From: Actinomycetota bacterium
GTDB lineage: Bacteria; Actinomycetota; Acidimicrobiia; Acidimicrobiales; Aldehydirespiratoraceae
Reading direction: 5' to 3'
Length of the DNA stretch: 64,000 nucleotides
Assembly (NCBI GenBank): GCA_039188975.1
Contig: JBCCYT010000004.1
Location: 258-64,257 of the forward strand
The translations under genes and the position numbers were made by a program. Positions 8,080 through 17,983 of this stretch are shown in pieces (within the stretch, counting starts at the first letter, position 1; every line of letters starts with the position of its first letter). The notes beneath the pieces were generated by a model. That model had not been told where the DNA came from. It saw only the letters and a list, made by a program, of their open reading frames with translations, and did not search any database.

Positions 8080-8958
8080 TCAAGGCGCGACGATCACCGC
8101 CAGCACGCCGAGGTGATCGCTGAGCGGTATCCCGTCGACGATCTCGTCGAGCACGACGTGGCTTTCAAGAACCCGCCCGCCCTTGCCGGGCCGCATGAAC
8201 GGGTCCCCGACGAAGACATAGTCGATGCGTTTGCGATGAATGTTGAGACCGTCGCCGAAGGGGTTGCGCCAATCGTTGGTGAAGCCGGAGCGCTCGTCGC
8301 CAGCGACCCGCCAGGCGTCTTGGTAGAAGGTGTCGACGCCGCCGAGGGGTGTGAAACCGCAGAGAAAGCGGATCTCGTCGCTCTCGGGTTCGGCATTGAA
8401 GTCCCCACACAGGATTGGTGGCGTCCCCGGACGGGTCGGGTCCCAGGGGTTGAGGTCGGAAGGACCGCGCGCGTCTTTGATGTGGCGATCGATGGCCTGC
8501 ACTTGGAGACGGCGATGATTGGCGTCCTTGGGCGCCGCACACAGGTGGGTCGAGAAAATGTCGAGCGGCCCCACCCGGGCATGGAGCAGTTCCCAGCCGA
8601 TCGCAACGACCGAGGGGTCACCTGGTTCGACTGGAAGCGCGTGGGTCGCGACATGTTCCACCGGCTCCCGGGCCACGATTGCGGACCCGAACCGTAGGTC
8701 GGGTTCGTCAGGGAACAAGGCCGATGTGAGCGGCAAGAGGCCATCGACCATGTGGGTGAGGTCACCGCCAAGGCGCTCGATCTCGCCGACGATCTGGGCC
8801 GCGGCGTTCGGGCGCGTCGACGATGCCGAGATCTCCTGCAGGCACACGATGTCGGGAGCCAACCGCATCAAGGCGTCCGCGATCCGTGGAGCCCGGAGCT
8901 CCCAGTGAGGTTCGAACAAGCTGCCGACGTTGAGGGTCACGACTCGTAGGGTCCGCAT
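8080..8958 (-). CDS. endonuclease/exonuclease/phosphatase (EEP) family protein
   Basis: Contains LRVVTLNVGSL...DIVCLQEI...ILCGDFNAEP...SDHLGV, which are the canonical EEP motifs. Confidence 0.8.
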   Translation of the reverse strand: MRTLRVVTLNVGSLFEPHWELRAPRIADALMRLAPDIVCLQEISASSTRPNAAAQIVGEIERLGGDLTHMVDGLLPLTSALFPDEPDLRFGSAIVAREPVEHVATHALPVEPGDPSVVAIGWELLHARVGPLDIFSTHLCAAPKDANHRRLQVQAIDRHIKDARGPSDLNPWDPTRPGTPPILCGDFNAEPESDEIRFLCGFTPLGGVDTFYQDAWRVAGDERSGFTNDWRNPFGDGLNIHRKRIDYVFVGDPFMRPGKGGRVLESHVVLDEIVDGIPLSDHLGVLAVIVAP

Positions 8959-8987
8959 CCGCAGAGTGTGGCTCAGCGGGCCGGCCC

Positions 8988-11045
8988 GTGCCGATCAGCG
9001 GATCACCTGCCGCCGGTAGGGTCACCCTGGTGAACGAAGAACGGCCGCTTCGGCACGAGCCAGGGCTCGACGGCGTCCGCGCGATCGGGCTCGCCATGGC
9101 GCTGCTCACCCATTCGGGCTACGCCTGGGCGCCGGGCGGATTCGTCGGCGTCTCCGTCTTCTTTGCCATGTCTGGCTTCTTGATCACGACCCTGTTGCTT
9201 CGACCGGCATCCGATCGGGCTGCGATGGCCGACTTCTGGATTCGTCGCTTTCGACGCCTCCTCCCCCCGGCACTTCTGATGATCGCCGGCACCCTCATCT
9301 TGGGCTTCCTGGTCGATCTCGGCCCGACCAGGGCCGACCTGCAGTCCGATGCGCTTGCGTCGTTGCTCTACTTCGCCAATTGGCACTTCTTGATCACGGG
9401 CAACACCTACGACGCGATCTTCACCGCGCCGAGCCCGTTTCATCACATGTGGAGTCTCAGCATCGAAGAGCAGTTCTACCTGTTCTTTCCGTTCGTGATC
9501 TTCGGCCTGCGGCGAGCCGGGTTGACGCTACGACAGATCGGGTGGGTCATGGTCGGGTTGTGGGCGCTCGCAGTCGCCGCCAATCTCTGGACGGGTGTGG
9601 TGTACGGCGCCGATACCACCTACCTTGCAACCCACTCTCGACTGTCGGAGATCATGGCCGGCGCCGCGCTGGCATGTCTCGTACCGGGGCTGCTCGACCG
9701 CGATCACCGAGTCGACATCTCGAATCGGGTTCGGTCATGGGTGCTGGCCGCTGCACTGATCGGCTCGATCGTCAATGTCGGCTTCTTCTTCACGATCCGC
9801 GATTCCGACCCAGAGATCGCACAGGGCGTGCTCCCGATCGTGTCGGTGGCGAGCGTTGCGATCGTCGCGGGCATCTTGCTGGTCCCCCGATTCTCCGCCG
9901 CCATGTCGGTTGGGCCGCTGCCCCTGATCGGGCGGATGAGCTATGCCGTCTACCTCATTCATTGGCCGATCTTCTTGTGGCTCACCCCCGAACGCACCGG
10001 GCTCGGTGACCTTCCCCTGCTGCTCCTTCGTCTCATCGTCACGTTCGCGCTCGCCGGGCTGAGCTACCGATTCATCGAAACGCCCAGCCGTCGGTACGCA
10101 ACGCGGCCCCCGCTGCCGGTGATTGTCGCTCCCGTGATGGCTGCCGTCGCCGCCGCCGTGCTGATCATCGTGCCCACCACCGATGACCTGTCGGTCGTCG
10201 AGGCGGCAGAAGCCGAGCTCGAAACCCTGTTCTCCGATCCAGTTGCGCCGACGTCGACCACGGCAGCACCCGTCGAGGCGACGGCTGCGACCGACGCGGA
10301 AACCGACGCCGCGCCGTCGCTCTCCACATCGTCCCCGACCACCGTGCCGAACGGACCGATCGTGGCGGCCATGTTTGGCGACTCGACCGCGTTCTTCACC
10401 CAGTTCGGGGTCGGTCGGTGGGCCCTCGAAAACACGGAGGAACTCGTGTTGGTCGAAGGCGGCGCCACCGTTGGATGTCCGCTCGGGCGGGGTGGGGAAC
10501 GGGACTTCGATCGAGGGATCACCGCTCCCGGCCCGGGGTGCGATTGGACCGACGCGTGGCCATCGATCATCGAACGCCAGGGCATCGAGATCGCAATCCT
10601 GCAGGTTGGTCCGTGGGAGGTCGCCGAGTACCGGGCGACGCCGTCAGCCCAATGGACCCGGATCGGTGAGCCCGAGCACGAGGCCTATCTCGAAGCCGAA
10701 CTTCGTGCGAGCGTGAACGCGTTGCTCGCCGGCGGCGCCGAACAGGTCATCGTGTTGACGAGCCCGTACATCCACGTTGGCCGGCTCGACCCGAGCCGAA
10801 CCGCCGGCGCAATCGCCGCGTCGGAACCCGAACGAATGGATGCATTCAACGCGCTGCTCCAACGCCTCTTCAGCACCGAAGAACGGGTCGCGGTCGTCGA
10901 TCTCGCCGGCCATGTTGCGTCGATCTCCAACGGTCTCGTCGATCCGGATCTGATGCCCGACGGCCTGCACTTCGACGAGGCCGCATCCAACCTGGTGGGC
11001 GAATGGCTGTCGCCCACCATCGTCGAGACGGCCAACGCACGGTGA
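8988..11045 (+). CDS. acyltransferase-3 (OafA-like) membrane protein with a C-terminal SGNH-like domain
   Basis: Contains LDGVRAIGLAMALLTH...FFAMSGFLIT, about 10 TM segments, a Thr/Ala-rich linker, and a C-terminal domain with GDSTAF and PDGLHF. An alternative start is GTG 9030. Confidence 0.8.
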   Translation: MPISGSPAAGRVTLVNEERPLRHEPGLDGVRAIGLAMALLTHSGYAWAPGGFVGVSVFFAMSGFLITTLLLRPASDRAAMADFWIRRFRRLLPPALLMIAGTLILGFLVDLGPTRADLQSDALASLLYFANWHFLITGNTYDAIFTAPSPFHHMWSLSIEEQFYLFFPFVIFGLRRAGLTLRQIGWVMVGLWALAVAANLWTGVVYGADTTYLATHSRLSEIMAGAALACLVPGLLDRDHRVDISNRVRSWVLAAALIGSIVNVGFFFTIRDSDPEIAQGVLPIVSVASVAIVAGILLVPRFSAAMSVGPLPLIGRMSYAVYLIHWPIFLWLTPERTGLGDLPLLLLRLIVTFALAGLSYRFIETPSRRYATRPPLPVIVAPVMAAVAAAVLIIVPTTDDLSVVEAAEAELETLFSDPVAPTSTTAAPVEATAATDAETDAAPSLSTSSPTTVPNGPIVAAMFGDSTAFFTQFGVGRWALENTEELVLVEGGATVGCPLGRGGERDFDRGITAPGPGCDWTDAWPSIIERQGIEIAILQVGPWEVAEYRATPSAQWTRIGEPEHEAYLEAELRASVNALLAGGAEQVIVLTSPYIHVGRLDPSRTAGAIAASEPERMDAFNALLQRLFSTEERVAVVDLAGHVASISNGLVDPDLMPDGLHFDEAASNLVGEWLSPTIVETANAR

Positions 11046-11067
11046 AGCTCGTCTAGCGTTCGTCGGA

Positions 11068-12228
11068 ATGAACGAGAACGAACCAACCGAGTCCGAGTCT
11101 GCGGCGACGGGGCTGTTCACGGGGGCCGAGGTTCATGACCTCTTCAACCGGCTCCACGAACTGATGCCGTCGACCGCAATGGCGCCGTCGTCGGCTCCGT
11201 ACGACTTCCCCGATGGCGAACCGTTCGAACTTCCGGCAACGCACGAGTTCGGTGGACAGGCCCGCGATACAGCGGAGTTCTTGGTCGACGGTGACACCGC
11301 CGCGCTGCTCGTCTTGCAGAACGGCGCCGTTCGCCACGAGTACTACGCGCTGACCGGCGGACGCGACGTCCAGTGGATTTCGTGGTCGGTGGCGAAGAGC
11401 TTCGTGTCGGCCCTGGTCGGTATCGCTGTCTCAGAGGGCCTCATCGCAAGCGTCGACGACCCCATCAACCGGTACGCCCCGGGCCTCGACGGCACCGCGT
11501 ACGACGGGGTGCGGATCGAGGACGTCTTGCAGATGTCATCGGGAGCCCGGTGGATCGAGGACTACAGCGATCCGACCTCCGATGTGCATCGGCTCGGTGC
11601 GGTGAACCGCGGCGAGATCACGCTCGACGAGTTCATGGCCGGGATGGTCCGAGAGTTCGAGCCGGCAACGCTGTGCCGTTACAACTCCGCCGACACCCAA
11701 GCACTTGGCATGCTGCTCGCCGGCGCAACCGGCCGCTCGATCGCCGACTACATGCACCAAAAGCTGATCGAACCGCTCGGTATGGAGAGCACGAGTCATT
11801 GGCTGACCGACACAGCCGGCATGGAGCAGGCGTTCGGCGGCCTGATGGTGACCGCCCGCGACTTCGCGAAGATCGGCGAGCTGTACCGGCGCGGTGGCGA
11901 CTGGCACGGCACACAGATCGTGCCGGCCGACTGGGTGCGGCAGTCGTTGGTGTTCGACAAGCCGCATCTGCATCCGGGCAAGACGATGATCGGAGGTGAG
12001 GTGTTGCCGACCGGCTACGGCTACCAATGGTGGCTCTACCCCGGCGACCGGGGCGACTACTCCGCCATCGGGATCTACAACCAGCACGTCTATGTCGACC
12101 CGCCGTCGGGAGCCGTCATCGTGAAGCTGTCCGCGAACCGAACGTACGGCCTTTCCCACAAGGAAAGCGACAACAAGTCGGGCCAGAACTACGCCCTCTT
12201 CCAAGCCATCGCTGCCGCCCTCGGCTGA
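11068..12228 (+). CDS. serine hydrolase (beta-lactamase/class C-related family)
   Basis: Contains an SxxK motif (WSVAKSF) and YGYQWW near the C-terminus. 386 aa. Confidence 0.75.
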   Translation: MNENEPTESESAATGLFTGAEVHDLFNRLHELMPSTAMAPSSAPYDFPDGEPFELPATHEFGGQARDTAEFLVDGDTAALLVLQNGAVRHEYYALTGGRDVQWISWSVAKSFVSALVGIAVSEGLIASVDDPINRYAPGLDGTAYDGVRIEDVLQMSSGARWIEDYSDPTSDVHRLGAVNRGEITLDEFMAGMVREFEPATLCRYNSADTQALGMLLAGATGRSIADYMHQKLIEPLGMESTSHWLTDTAGMEQAFGGLMVTARDFAKIGELYRRGGDWHGTQIVPADWVRQSLVFDKPHLHPGKTMIGGEVLPTGYGYQWWLYPGDRGDYSAIGIYNQHVYVDPPSGAVIVKLSANRTYGLSHKESDNKSGQNYALFQAIAAALG

Positions 12229-12346
12229 GTCACTCTGCGGGCAGCGACCCTGGTTCGATGTTGGGATGGTCGGGCTCAGGTAGCTCAGCGAAACGGCGAG
12301 CGGGGAGGCGCTCCGCATGTTCGACGACGGCTCGTACGGTCGGCAA

Positions 12347-12856
12347 TCAATCGGTGATGCGAGATGCCACCTCGATCGCATCCCAGTGGGAGATGATCCA
12401 GCCGATCGAACCGGCCCACACGCCGGTTACGGCTACCAGCCCGATCAGCCACCGCCCCCGGATGTTCGGGTTGATCCCGAAGATCCAGCCGATGAGGGCG
12501 ACCAGGCCGGTGAGCGTGACTGCGATCGGGATGATGGGCTCGTAGACGGCACGCGCATCGTCGTACACGCCCGCCTCCTCCAGCACCTGCTGGGCGGCGA
12601 TGAGACAACGATCCTTACCGTCTGCTGGCTCCGCATAGCCCATCAAAACGTCACGCTCACAAGGCAACGAACTCTCGATGACCGATGCGGTTCGATCGGC
12701 GGCAAGGGCGAGGTTGACCATCACCAATGCGGGGCCCGCAACGAGGAGCAACGCCACCGCGATCAGGGCCCACCGCTTTCGAGACTCTCGGCGAACGGCC
12801 GCAGGATTCGCAACAAGCGGCCGGGCCGACTGCGGGCCGGTCGCAGCCTCGGTCAC
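12347..12856 (-). CDS. hypothetical membrane protein (paralog of 12853..13281)
   Basis: The start is trimmed to a GTGA overlap at 12853-12856. It has the same layout as its neighbour: an N-terminal TM, a Cys pair (LPCERD...DRC), two C-terminal TMs, and the ending HWDAIEVAS. Confidence 0.45.
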   Translation of the reverse strand: MTEAATGPQSARPLVANPAAVRRESRKRWALIAVALLLVAGPALVMVNLALAADRTASVIESSLPCERDVLMGYAEPADGKDRCLIAAQQVLEEAGVYDDARAVYEPIIPIAVTLTGLVALIGWIFGINPNIRGRWLIGLVAVTGVWAGSIGWIISHWDAIEVASRITD

Positions 12857-13281
12857 TCGACGACCCAGGACGAGACCTCGAGCGCATCCCAGTGTTGGAT
12901 GAGTACACCGACAGCGACCACGGCCACCGCTGTCAGCGCCCCGAGCGGAAGCATCCATCGACCTCGGTGCGCACTCGCGAGGATCCACGCGGTTGCCAGT
13001 GCCATCGTCGTGGCGAACAGCACGAGTCCGAGCACCGGCCGATACACCGTCTCCGCAAACCCGGTCACACCCTCACGATCGAACGCAACGGTCGCCTCGG
13101 CCATACAGGTATCGGTGATCAGCGATGCGTCACACGGCAGCGTTGCAACGACCGCACCCGTTCGCTGGGCCGCATACGCCAGGTAGACCAACAGGCCGGT
13201 TGAACCGAGCACGAGCACCACGGCAATCACCACCCCGAGGGGGAGGTGTCGACTACGAAACCACGCCGCCACACGTTTCAT
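12853..13281 (-). CDS. hypothetical membrane protein (paralog of 12347..12856)
   Basis: 142 aa: an N-terminal TM, LPCDASLITDTC, two TMs, and the ending HWDALEVSS. Confidence 0.5.
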   Translation of the reverse strand: MKRVAAWFRSRHLPLGVVIAVVLVLGSTGLLVYLAYAAQRTGAVVATLPCDASLITDTCMAEATVAFDREGVTGFAETVYRPVLGLVLFATTMALATAWILASAHRGRWMLPLGALTAVAVVAVGVLIQHWDALEVSSWVVE

Positions 13282-13295
13282 GGGGCGACGGTACC

Positions 13296-13838
13296 TCAGG
13301 CCCGTTCGAGGATGAAGACCCGGATGTCGCGGTGGTCGGCCCGGCTGCGGTACTTCGTGTAGCCGCCATAGATCGAACCGCCCGCAGCGAAGACCTGCTC
13401 GTACTCCTCGTCGGTGGCGGGCCGAGCGACGACGGGCACCTCGACGGTGCGGTACTCGGCGACGGCGTTCGGGTTGGCTTCGAGGTTGTAGACCCAGGCT
13501 GGTGTGCGTTGGCCACCGAAGTTGGTGCCGAGCAGCGCGAGATCATCGCCGATGGGGACGGCGATGAGTGGCGCCGTGCGCGGCTCGCCGGACGTGCGGC
13601 CGGTGGTCGTGACATTGAGCACCGGCAACCCCGCCAGGAGTTCCGACAGTGTGGTTCGCCCCTTGGTTGCCGTGAGCACGGCGCCGTCCATCGGCTGGAT
13701 CGTCTTGGAGAAGAACCAGGCGCCCGGTTTGGACCCGGCGATCGCTCGGAGCCCGCGGTGAATGGGGTTGCCGGTCGAGTGGTGATAGGCGAGCGCCGAC
13801 TGGACGCCCCTGCCTGGCTCGGGTCGAGGTTTGATCAA
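13296..13838 (-). CDS. nitroreductase/deazaflavin-dependent (F420H2) reductase family protein (Ddn-like)
   Basis: Contains LNVTTTGRTSGEPRTAPLIAVPIGDDLALLGTNFGGQRTPAWVYNLEANP, typical of the PF04075 family as I recall it. The start codon is TTG at 13838, so the exact start is uncertain. Confidence 0.7.
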   Translation of the reverse strand: MIKPRPEPGRGVQSALAYHHSTGNPIHRGLRAIAGSKPGAWFFSKTIQPMDGAVLTATKGRTTLSELLAGLPVLNVTTTGRTSGEPRTAPLIAVPIGDDLALLGTNFGGQRTPAWVYNLEANPNAVAEYRTVEVPVVARPATDEEYEQVFAAGGSIYGGYTKYRSRADHRDIRVFILERA

Positions 13839-14773
13839 ACGCTCAGAAGATCGCGGGCGCCGGTATCGGACGACGGGTGACGAAGCTTCGACATCGCTCG
13901 GGCCTCGATCTGGCGGATGCGTTCACGGGTGAGGTTGAAGTGCTCACCGACCTCTTCGAGGGTGCGGGGCTCACCCCGGTCGAGCCCGAAGCGCAGCTTC
14001 AGGATCTCGCGTTCACGTTCGTCGAGCGGTGCGAGCAGTCGTGAGATCTCATCGGGCAGCAGTGCGGTGGCGGCGACCTCGAAGGGCGAGTCGGCGCCGC
14101 GGTCTTCGACGACATCACCGAGCTCGGCATCGCCGTCTTCGCGAAGCGGCTCTGACAACGACAGCGGTTCGGCTGCGAAGCGCAGCGCTTCGGTGACCTT
14201 CTCTTCGGGCATTTCGACTTCGATCGCCAGCTCGGCGAGCGTGGCCGGGCGGCCGTACTTGAGTTCGAGGCGGGCCCGCGCCTTCTGGAGCCGAGCCAAC
14301 GTGTCGCCCGCATGCACGGGAAGGCGAATCGTGCGTCCCGTATTGGCGATACCGCGGGTGATGGCCTGACGAATCCACCAGGTGGCGTAGGTCGAGAACT
14401 TGAAGCCCTTGCGCCAGTCGAATTTCTCGACGGCGTGCATGAGGCCGAGGTTGCCCTCTTGGATCAGATCGAGCAGCGGCAGACCCGACGCCTGGTACTT
14501 CTTCGCAATCGAAACGACGAGGCGAAGGTTCGACTGCACGAAGGTGCGCTCGGCCTGCTCACCCTTCTGCATGGCGCGACGCAGCTCGCGTTTCTTTGCG
14601 GGCGTCAGCTCGGTGTCGACCGATTCGAACTCGGCGCGCGCTTCCGCCCCGGCCTCGATGGCCTGAGCGAGGCGAACCTCGTCTTCTTTGGTGAGCAGGG
14701 GGTACTGCCCAATATCGGTCAGGTACAAGCGAACGAGGTCTTCTTCATCCCGTTCGACACGTTCCTTCGCCAC
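13835..14773 (-). CDS. RNA polymerase sigma-70 family factor (group 2, SigB-like size)
   Basis: Region 2 reads DLIQEGNLGLMHAVEKFDWRKGFKFSTYATWWIRQAITR, and region 4 reads LEEVGEHFNLTRERIRQIEARAMSKLRHP. The start is GTG 14773, preceded by AGGAGG at a 6-nt spacing. Confidence 0.9.
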   Translation of the reverse strand: MAKERVERDEEDLVRLYLTDIGQYPLLTKEDEVRLAQAIEAGAEARAEFESVDTELTPAKKRELRRAMQKGEQAERTFVQSNLRLVVSIAKKYQASGLPLLDLIQEGNLGLMHAVEKFDWRKGFKFSTYATWWIRQAITRGIANTGRTIRLPVHAGDTLARLQKARARLELKYGRPATLAELAIEVEMPEEKVTEALRFAAEPLSLSEPLREDGDAELGDVVEDRGADSPFEVAATALLPDEISRLLAPLDEREREILKLRFGLDRGEPRTLEEVGEHFNLTRERIRQIEARAMSKLRHPSSDTGARDLLSV

Positions 14774-14902
14774 CGAGGGCCTCCTACGTTTTCGCGCTGA
14801 GTGGAAGCGTACCCAGCGCGCGGGTGCGAACAACGGTCGGGCGCTTCCAGAACTGTGTCGGCACTGAAACCGGTCCGCATGAGGAAAGGTTCAGTCGCTT
14901 CG

Positions 14903-16630
14903 TCATCCGCGGTACCGGTTGATGATCGGGATGCGCCGGTCGCGGCCGAACGCCTTGCGGGTGATTCGGGTACCGAGCGGCGTCTGGCGGCGCTTGAACT
15001 CGGCGATGTCGACCAGGCGGCAGACCCGCTGCACGTCCTCGGGTTCGGCCCCCTCGATCTCCATGGCGAGGATCTCCGCAACCGTTTTGTTGCCTTCGAC
15101 GTAGGCCTGCAGGATCGGGTCGAGCACCTCGTACTCAGGCAGCGATTGATCGTCGCGCTGGTCGGGTTTGAGTTCGGCCGACGGCGGTTTGGTCAACACA
15201 TTGGTCGGAATGAGTTCGCGGCCGGCCGTCTCGTTGCGCCAGGCGCAGAGGTCATAGACGGTCAACTTCCAGACATCTCGGATGACCGCATAGGCCCCGG
15301 CGGTGTCCCCGTAGAGCGTCGAGTACCCGACCGCCGCTTCGGACTTGTTCCCGGTGGTGAGCACCAGCCAGCCGTGTTCGTTGGCCATCGCCATGAGGAT
15401 CACGCCACGCAGGCGCGACTGCAGGTTCTGGTCGGTGAGATCGCCGACCTCGATCTTCTGATCGGCCAGATTCGGAGCGAGCATGCCGGTGAACGCCGCA
15501 TGCGCGGGCTCGATCGGCACGGTGTAGGTGCCAATACCGAGGTTGGTTGCAAGCTGTTCGGCGTCGGAGATCGAATGGTCGCTCGAATAGCGCGACGGCA
15601 TCAAGACGCCGAAGACGTTCTCGGGACCGAGCGCTTCAGCAGCGATCGCGGCAACGATCGAGGAGTCAACCCCGCCAGACAAACCGAGGCACGCCCTGGT
15701 GAACCCTGACTTGCGGACATAGTCGCGAACGCCGACGACGAGGGTCTGCCAAATCTCGTCGAGTTCGTCGAGCGGCTCGACCAACGGCGGCGCCATCGGG
15801 GTGCGGCCATGGGCCACCGGTGGCGTGACTGAGATCGTGGGATAGCGGTCGTGGGTGGGACGAGGCGCAGGTAGCGCCACGTCGAACACATCGAGGGATT
15901 CGACGAAGCTCTCGCAGCGGGCGGTGACGACCGGGCCGTCGTCGGTTGGCGACATCACGAACGAGCCACCGTCGAACACCAATTCGTCCTGCCCACCGAC
16001 GAGGTTTGCGTAGACGACCGGCACGCCGGCTTCTTCGACCCGATGACGGATGACGCCCTCGCGGTCGTGCTGTTTGCCGACCCGAAACGGTGAGCCGTTC
16101 ACATTCATCACGATCCGGGCGCCACCACGGGCGAGCTGGGTGACCGGCCCGTCGGGAATCCACGAGTCTTCACAGATCGTCACACCGATCGGCACACCGG
16201 CGATCTCGAAGAGCTGGAGAGGCTCGTCGCCGACCCGGAAGTGACGGACCTCGTCGAACACGTCGTAATTCGGCAGGTGGCGCTTGTGATAGGTGCCGTG
16301 CACCTTGCCGCCCGCGCAGACTGCGACCGCGTTCCAGACATCCCTGTCGCCGCCATCGCGACCACCATCGGCGAACCCGACAACGGAGGCGGTGCGACCG
16401 GTTCCGGCGGCGAACTTCTCCAGCGATGCACGCACGTCGGCCAGGAAGCCCGGCTTGAACACGAGGTCTTCAGGCGGGTAGCCGGTGATGGTCATCTCCG
16501 GCAACAGCACGATGTCGGCGTCGGCTGCCTCGGCTTGCGCGACCATCTCCAGTGCCTTCGTGACGTTGCCGTCCAGATCACCGACCGTGCAGTTCAGCTG
16601 GGCGATCGCGATGCGAAGCGTGTCGACCAC
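14903..16630 (-). CDS. nadE: glutamine-dependent NAD+ synthetase
   Basis: N-terminal CN-hydrolase domain (LRIAIAQLNCTVGDLDGN) plus a PP-loop (GLSGGVDSS) synthetase domain. The start is trimmed to GTG 16630. Confidence 0.9.
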   Translation of the reverse strand: MVDTLRIAIAQLNCTVGDLDGNVTKALEMVAQAEAADADIVLLPEMTITGYPPEDLVFKPGFLADVRASLEKFAAGTGRTASVVGFADGGRDGGDRDVWNAVAVCAGGKVHGTYHKRHLPNYDVFDEVRHFRVGDEPLQLFEIAGVPIGVTICEDSWIPDGPVTQLARGGARIVMNVNGSPFRVGKQHDREGVIRHRVEEAGVPVVYANLVGGQDELVFDGGSFVMSPTDDGPVVTARCESFVESLDVFDVALPAPRPTHDRYPTISVTPPVAHGRTPMAPPLVEPLDELDEIWQTLVVGVRDYVRKSGFTRACLGLSGGVDSSIVAAIAAEALGPENVFGVLMPSRYSSDHSISDAEQLATNLGIGTYTVPIEPAHAAFTGMLAPNLADQKIEVGDLTDQNLQSRLRGVILMAMANEHGWLVLTTGNKSEAAVGYSTLYGDTAGAYAVIRDVWKLTVYDLCAWRNETAGRELIPTNVLTKPPSAELKPDQRDDQSLPEYEVLDPILQAYVEGNKTVAEILAMEIEGAEPEDVQRVCRLVDIAEFKRRQTPLGTRITRKAFGRDRRIPIINRYRG

Positions 16631-16634
16631 ACGC

Positions 16635-17291
16635 TCACTGTACGGCTTGGGCCCGCTGGCGCCGAGCTGGTTTCGGAAGGTGGACTGCGAGGAAGTCCAT
16701 CGCGGCTTCGGCCTGGGCCTGGTCCACCACATGCGGGACTCGATCGATCCGGCCGGCGACGCGGTGGCCGACCGCGGAAAGCCGCTCGATCGTCTCGTCA
16801 TGCCACGAGGCCGTGACGATCGGATCGAGCGTGCCGTTCATGACGAGGATGTCCAGGGGCCGATCCGTCGCAACGACGTGACGATCGGGCGGTAGTGCTC
16901 CTGCACCGGTCGCAACCACGCCGACGACATCGGGCCGGGCGGCCGCCACACACAGTCCGAGTGTCGCCCCTTGGCTGTACCCGAGGAGTGCGGTGGCGGC
17001 CGGGGGGATCCCGGTTTCGACCTGGGTCGCGGTGATCAATGCCACGACCCGGTCGATGGCTTGGTCGATGGCGTCGGTCGGCGCCAACTCGTTGCCGTCG
17101 GGCAGCCACCAGCCGAAGCCGGGCGGAACCCGATGCGGCGCTCGGGGATCGGCGATGGTGACGTCCAGCCCCACCGGCATGAGGCTGTCCATCTGGGCTT
17201 CGTCGGCGCCGTAGCCATGGAGGCGCACGACAAGGGCCGAACGCCCGTTGTCGTGACGACGAACAACCGGCGGTCGACGCCGACGGAGCAT
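16635..17291 (-). CDS. alpha/beta hydrolase (phospholipase/carboxylesterase type)
   Basis: Nucleophile elbow LLGYSQGATLG. The start is ATG 17291, in an ATGA overlap with the SRPBCC stop. Confidence 0.65.
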   Translation of the reverse strand: MLRRRRPPVVRRHDNGRSALVVRLHGYGADEAQMDSLMPVGLDVTIADPRAPHRVPPGFGWWLPDGNELAPTDAIDQAIDRVVALITATQVETGIPPAATALLGYSQGATLGLCVAAARPDVVGVVATGAGALPPDRHVVATDRPLDILVMNGTLDPIVTASWHDETIERLSAVGHRVAGRIDRVPHVVDQAQAEAAMDFLAVHLPKPARRQRAQAVQ

Positions 17292-17788
17292 CACGACGCA
17301 GCCAGCTTGGCGAGCTGCTTCGTCTTCTTCTTCGAGACCTCGCCCCGCTCGACGTAGTTGGTCAACTCTTCGAGATAGGTGTTGAGGGTCTGCTTCAGCT
17401 TGATGGCGAACATCGGTCCCATCACCTTGCCGACGGCGTTGGTCTCCATCGTGATGTCGAGCGTCACTTCGCTGCGCCCGGCGCCGGCCGGACGCACCGT
17501 CACGTGATTTTGCGCAAGCGTGATGAACGACGGCATGCCGCTGACCTGGAACGTGAACTCGGTGTCGGCTTCGGAGTACTGGGTGAACGTCTCCTTCAGG
17601 TCGCCGAACCCGGGCGTGGCGCACACCCGGCCGCCGACGGTCGCCCCGTCGGGAACCTGCGCGTCGAGATTGGGGCCGGAATCGGCGACGGCCGAGGACC
17701 ACTCCCCGACCTTGTCGAAGTCGTGAGCGACGACCGACCAGACCTTGTCGACCGGGGCCTCGATGATGGTGGATTTCTTGAACTGCAT
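17291..17788 (-). CDS. SRPBCC (START/polyketide-cyclase-like) family protein
   Basis: Begins MQFKKSTIIEAPVDKVWSVVAHDFDKVGEWS, and an AGGAG Shine-Dalgarno lies 7 nt upstream of ATG 17788. Confidence 0.7.
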   Translation of the reverse strand: MQFKKSTIIEAPVDKVWSVVAHDFDKVGEWSSAVADSGPNLDAQVPDGATVGGRVCATPGFGDLKETFTQYSEADTEFTFQVSGMPSFITLAQNHVTVRPAGAGRSEVTLDITMETNAVGKVMGPMFAIKLKQTLNTYLEELTNYVERGEVSKKKTKQLAKLAAS

Positions 17789-17983
17789 GGGGGTGTCTCC
17801 TTGGGGTACGGACTGGCGGGGGCTCAGCCCGATGACGCAACGATGCGCAGCCCGCCGTCGTGTGCACATCGCCCGTCAGCGGAAATCACCCGGGCTCACC
17901 CGCGCCCTCCTTCGCTGGAGCTCGACGGGTGATCTTCTCCAATGGGTGATGCTCGTCGTTGAAGCCTGCGGCACGCTGGAGGG

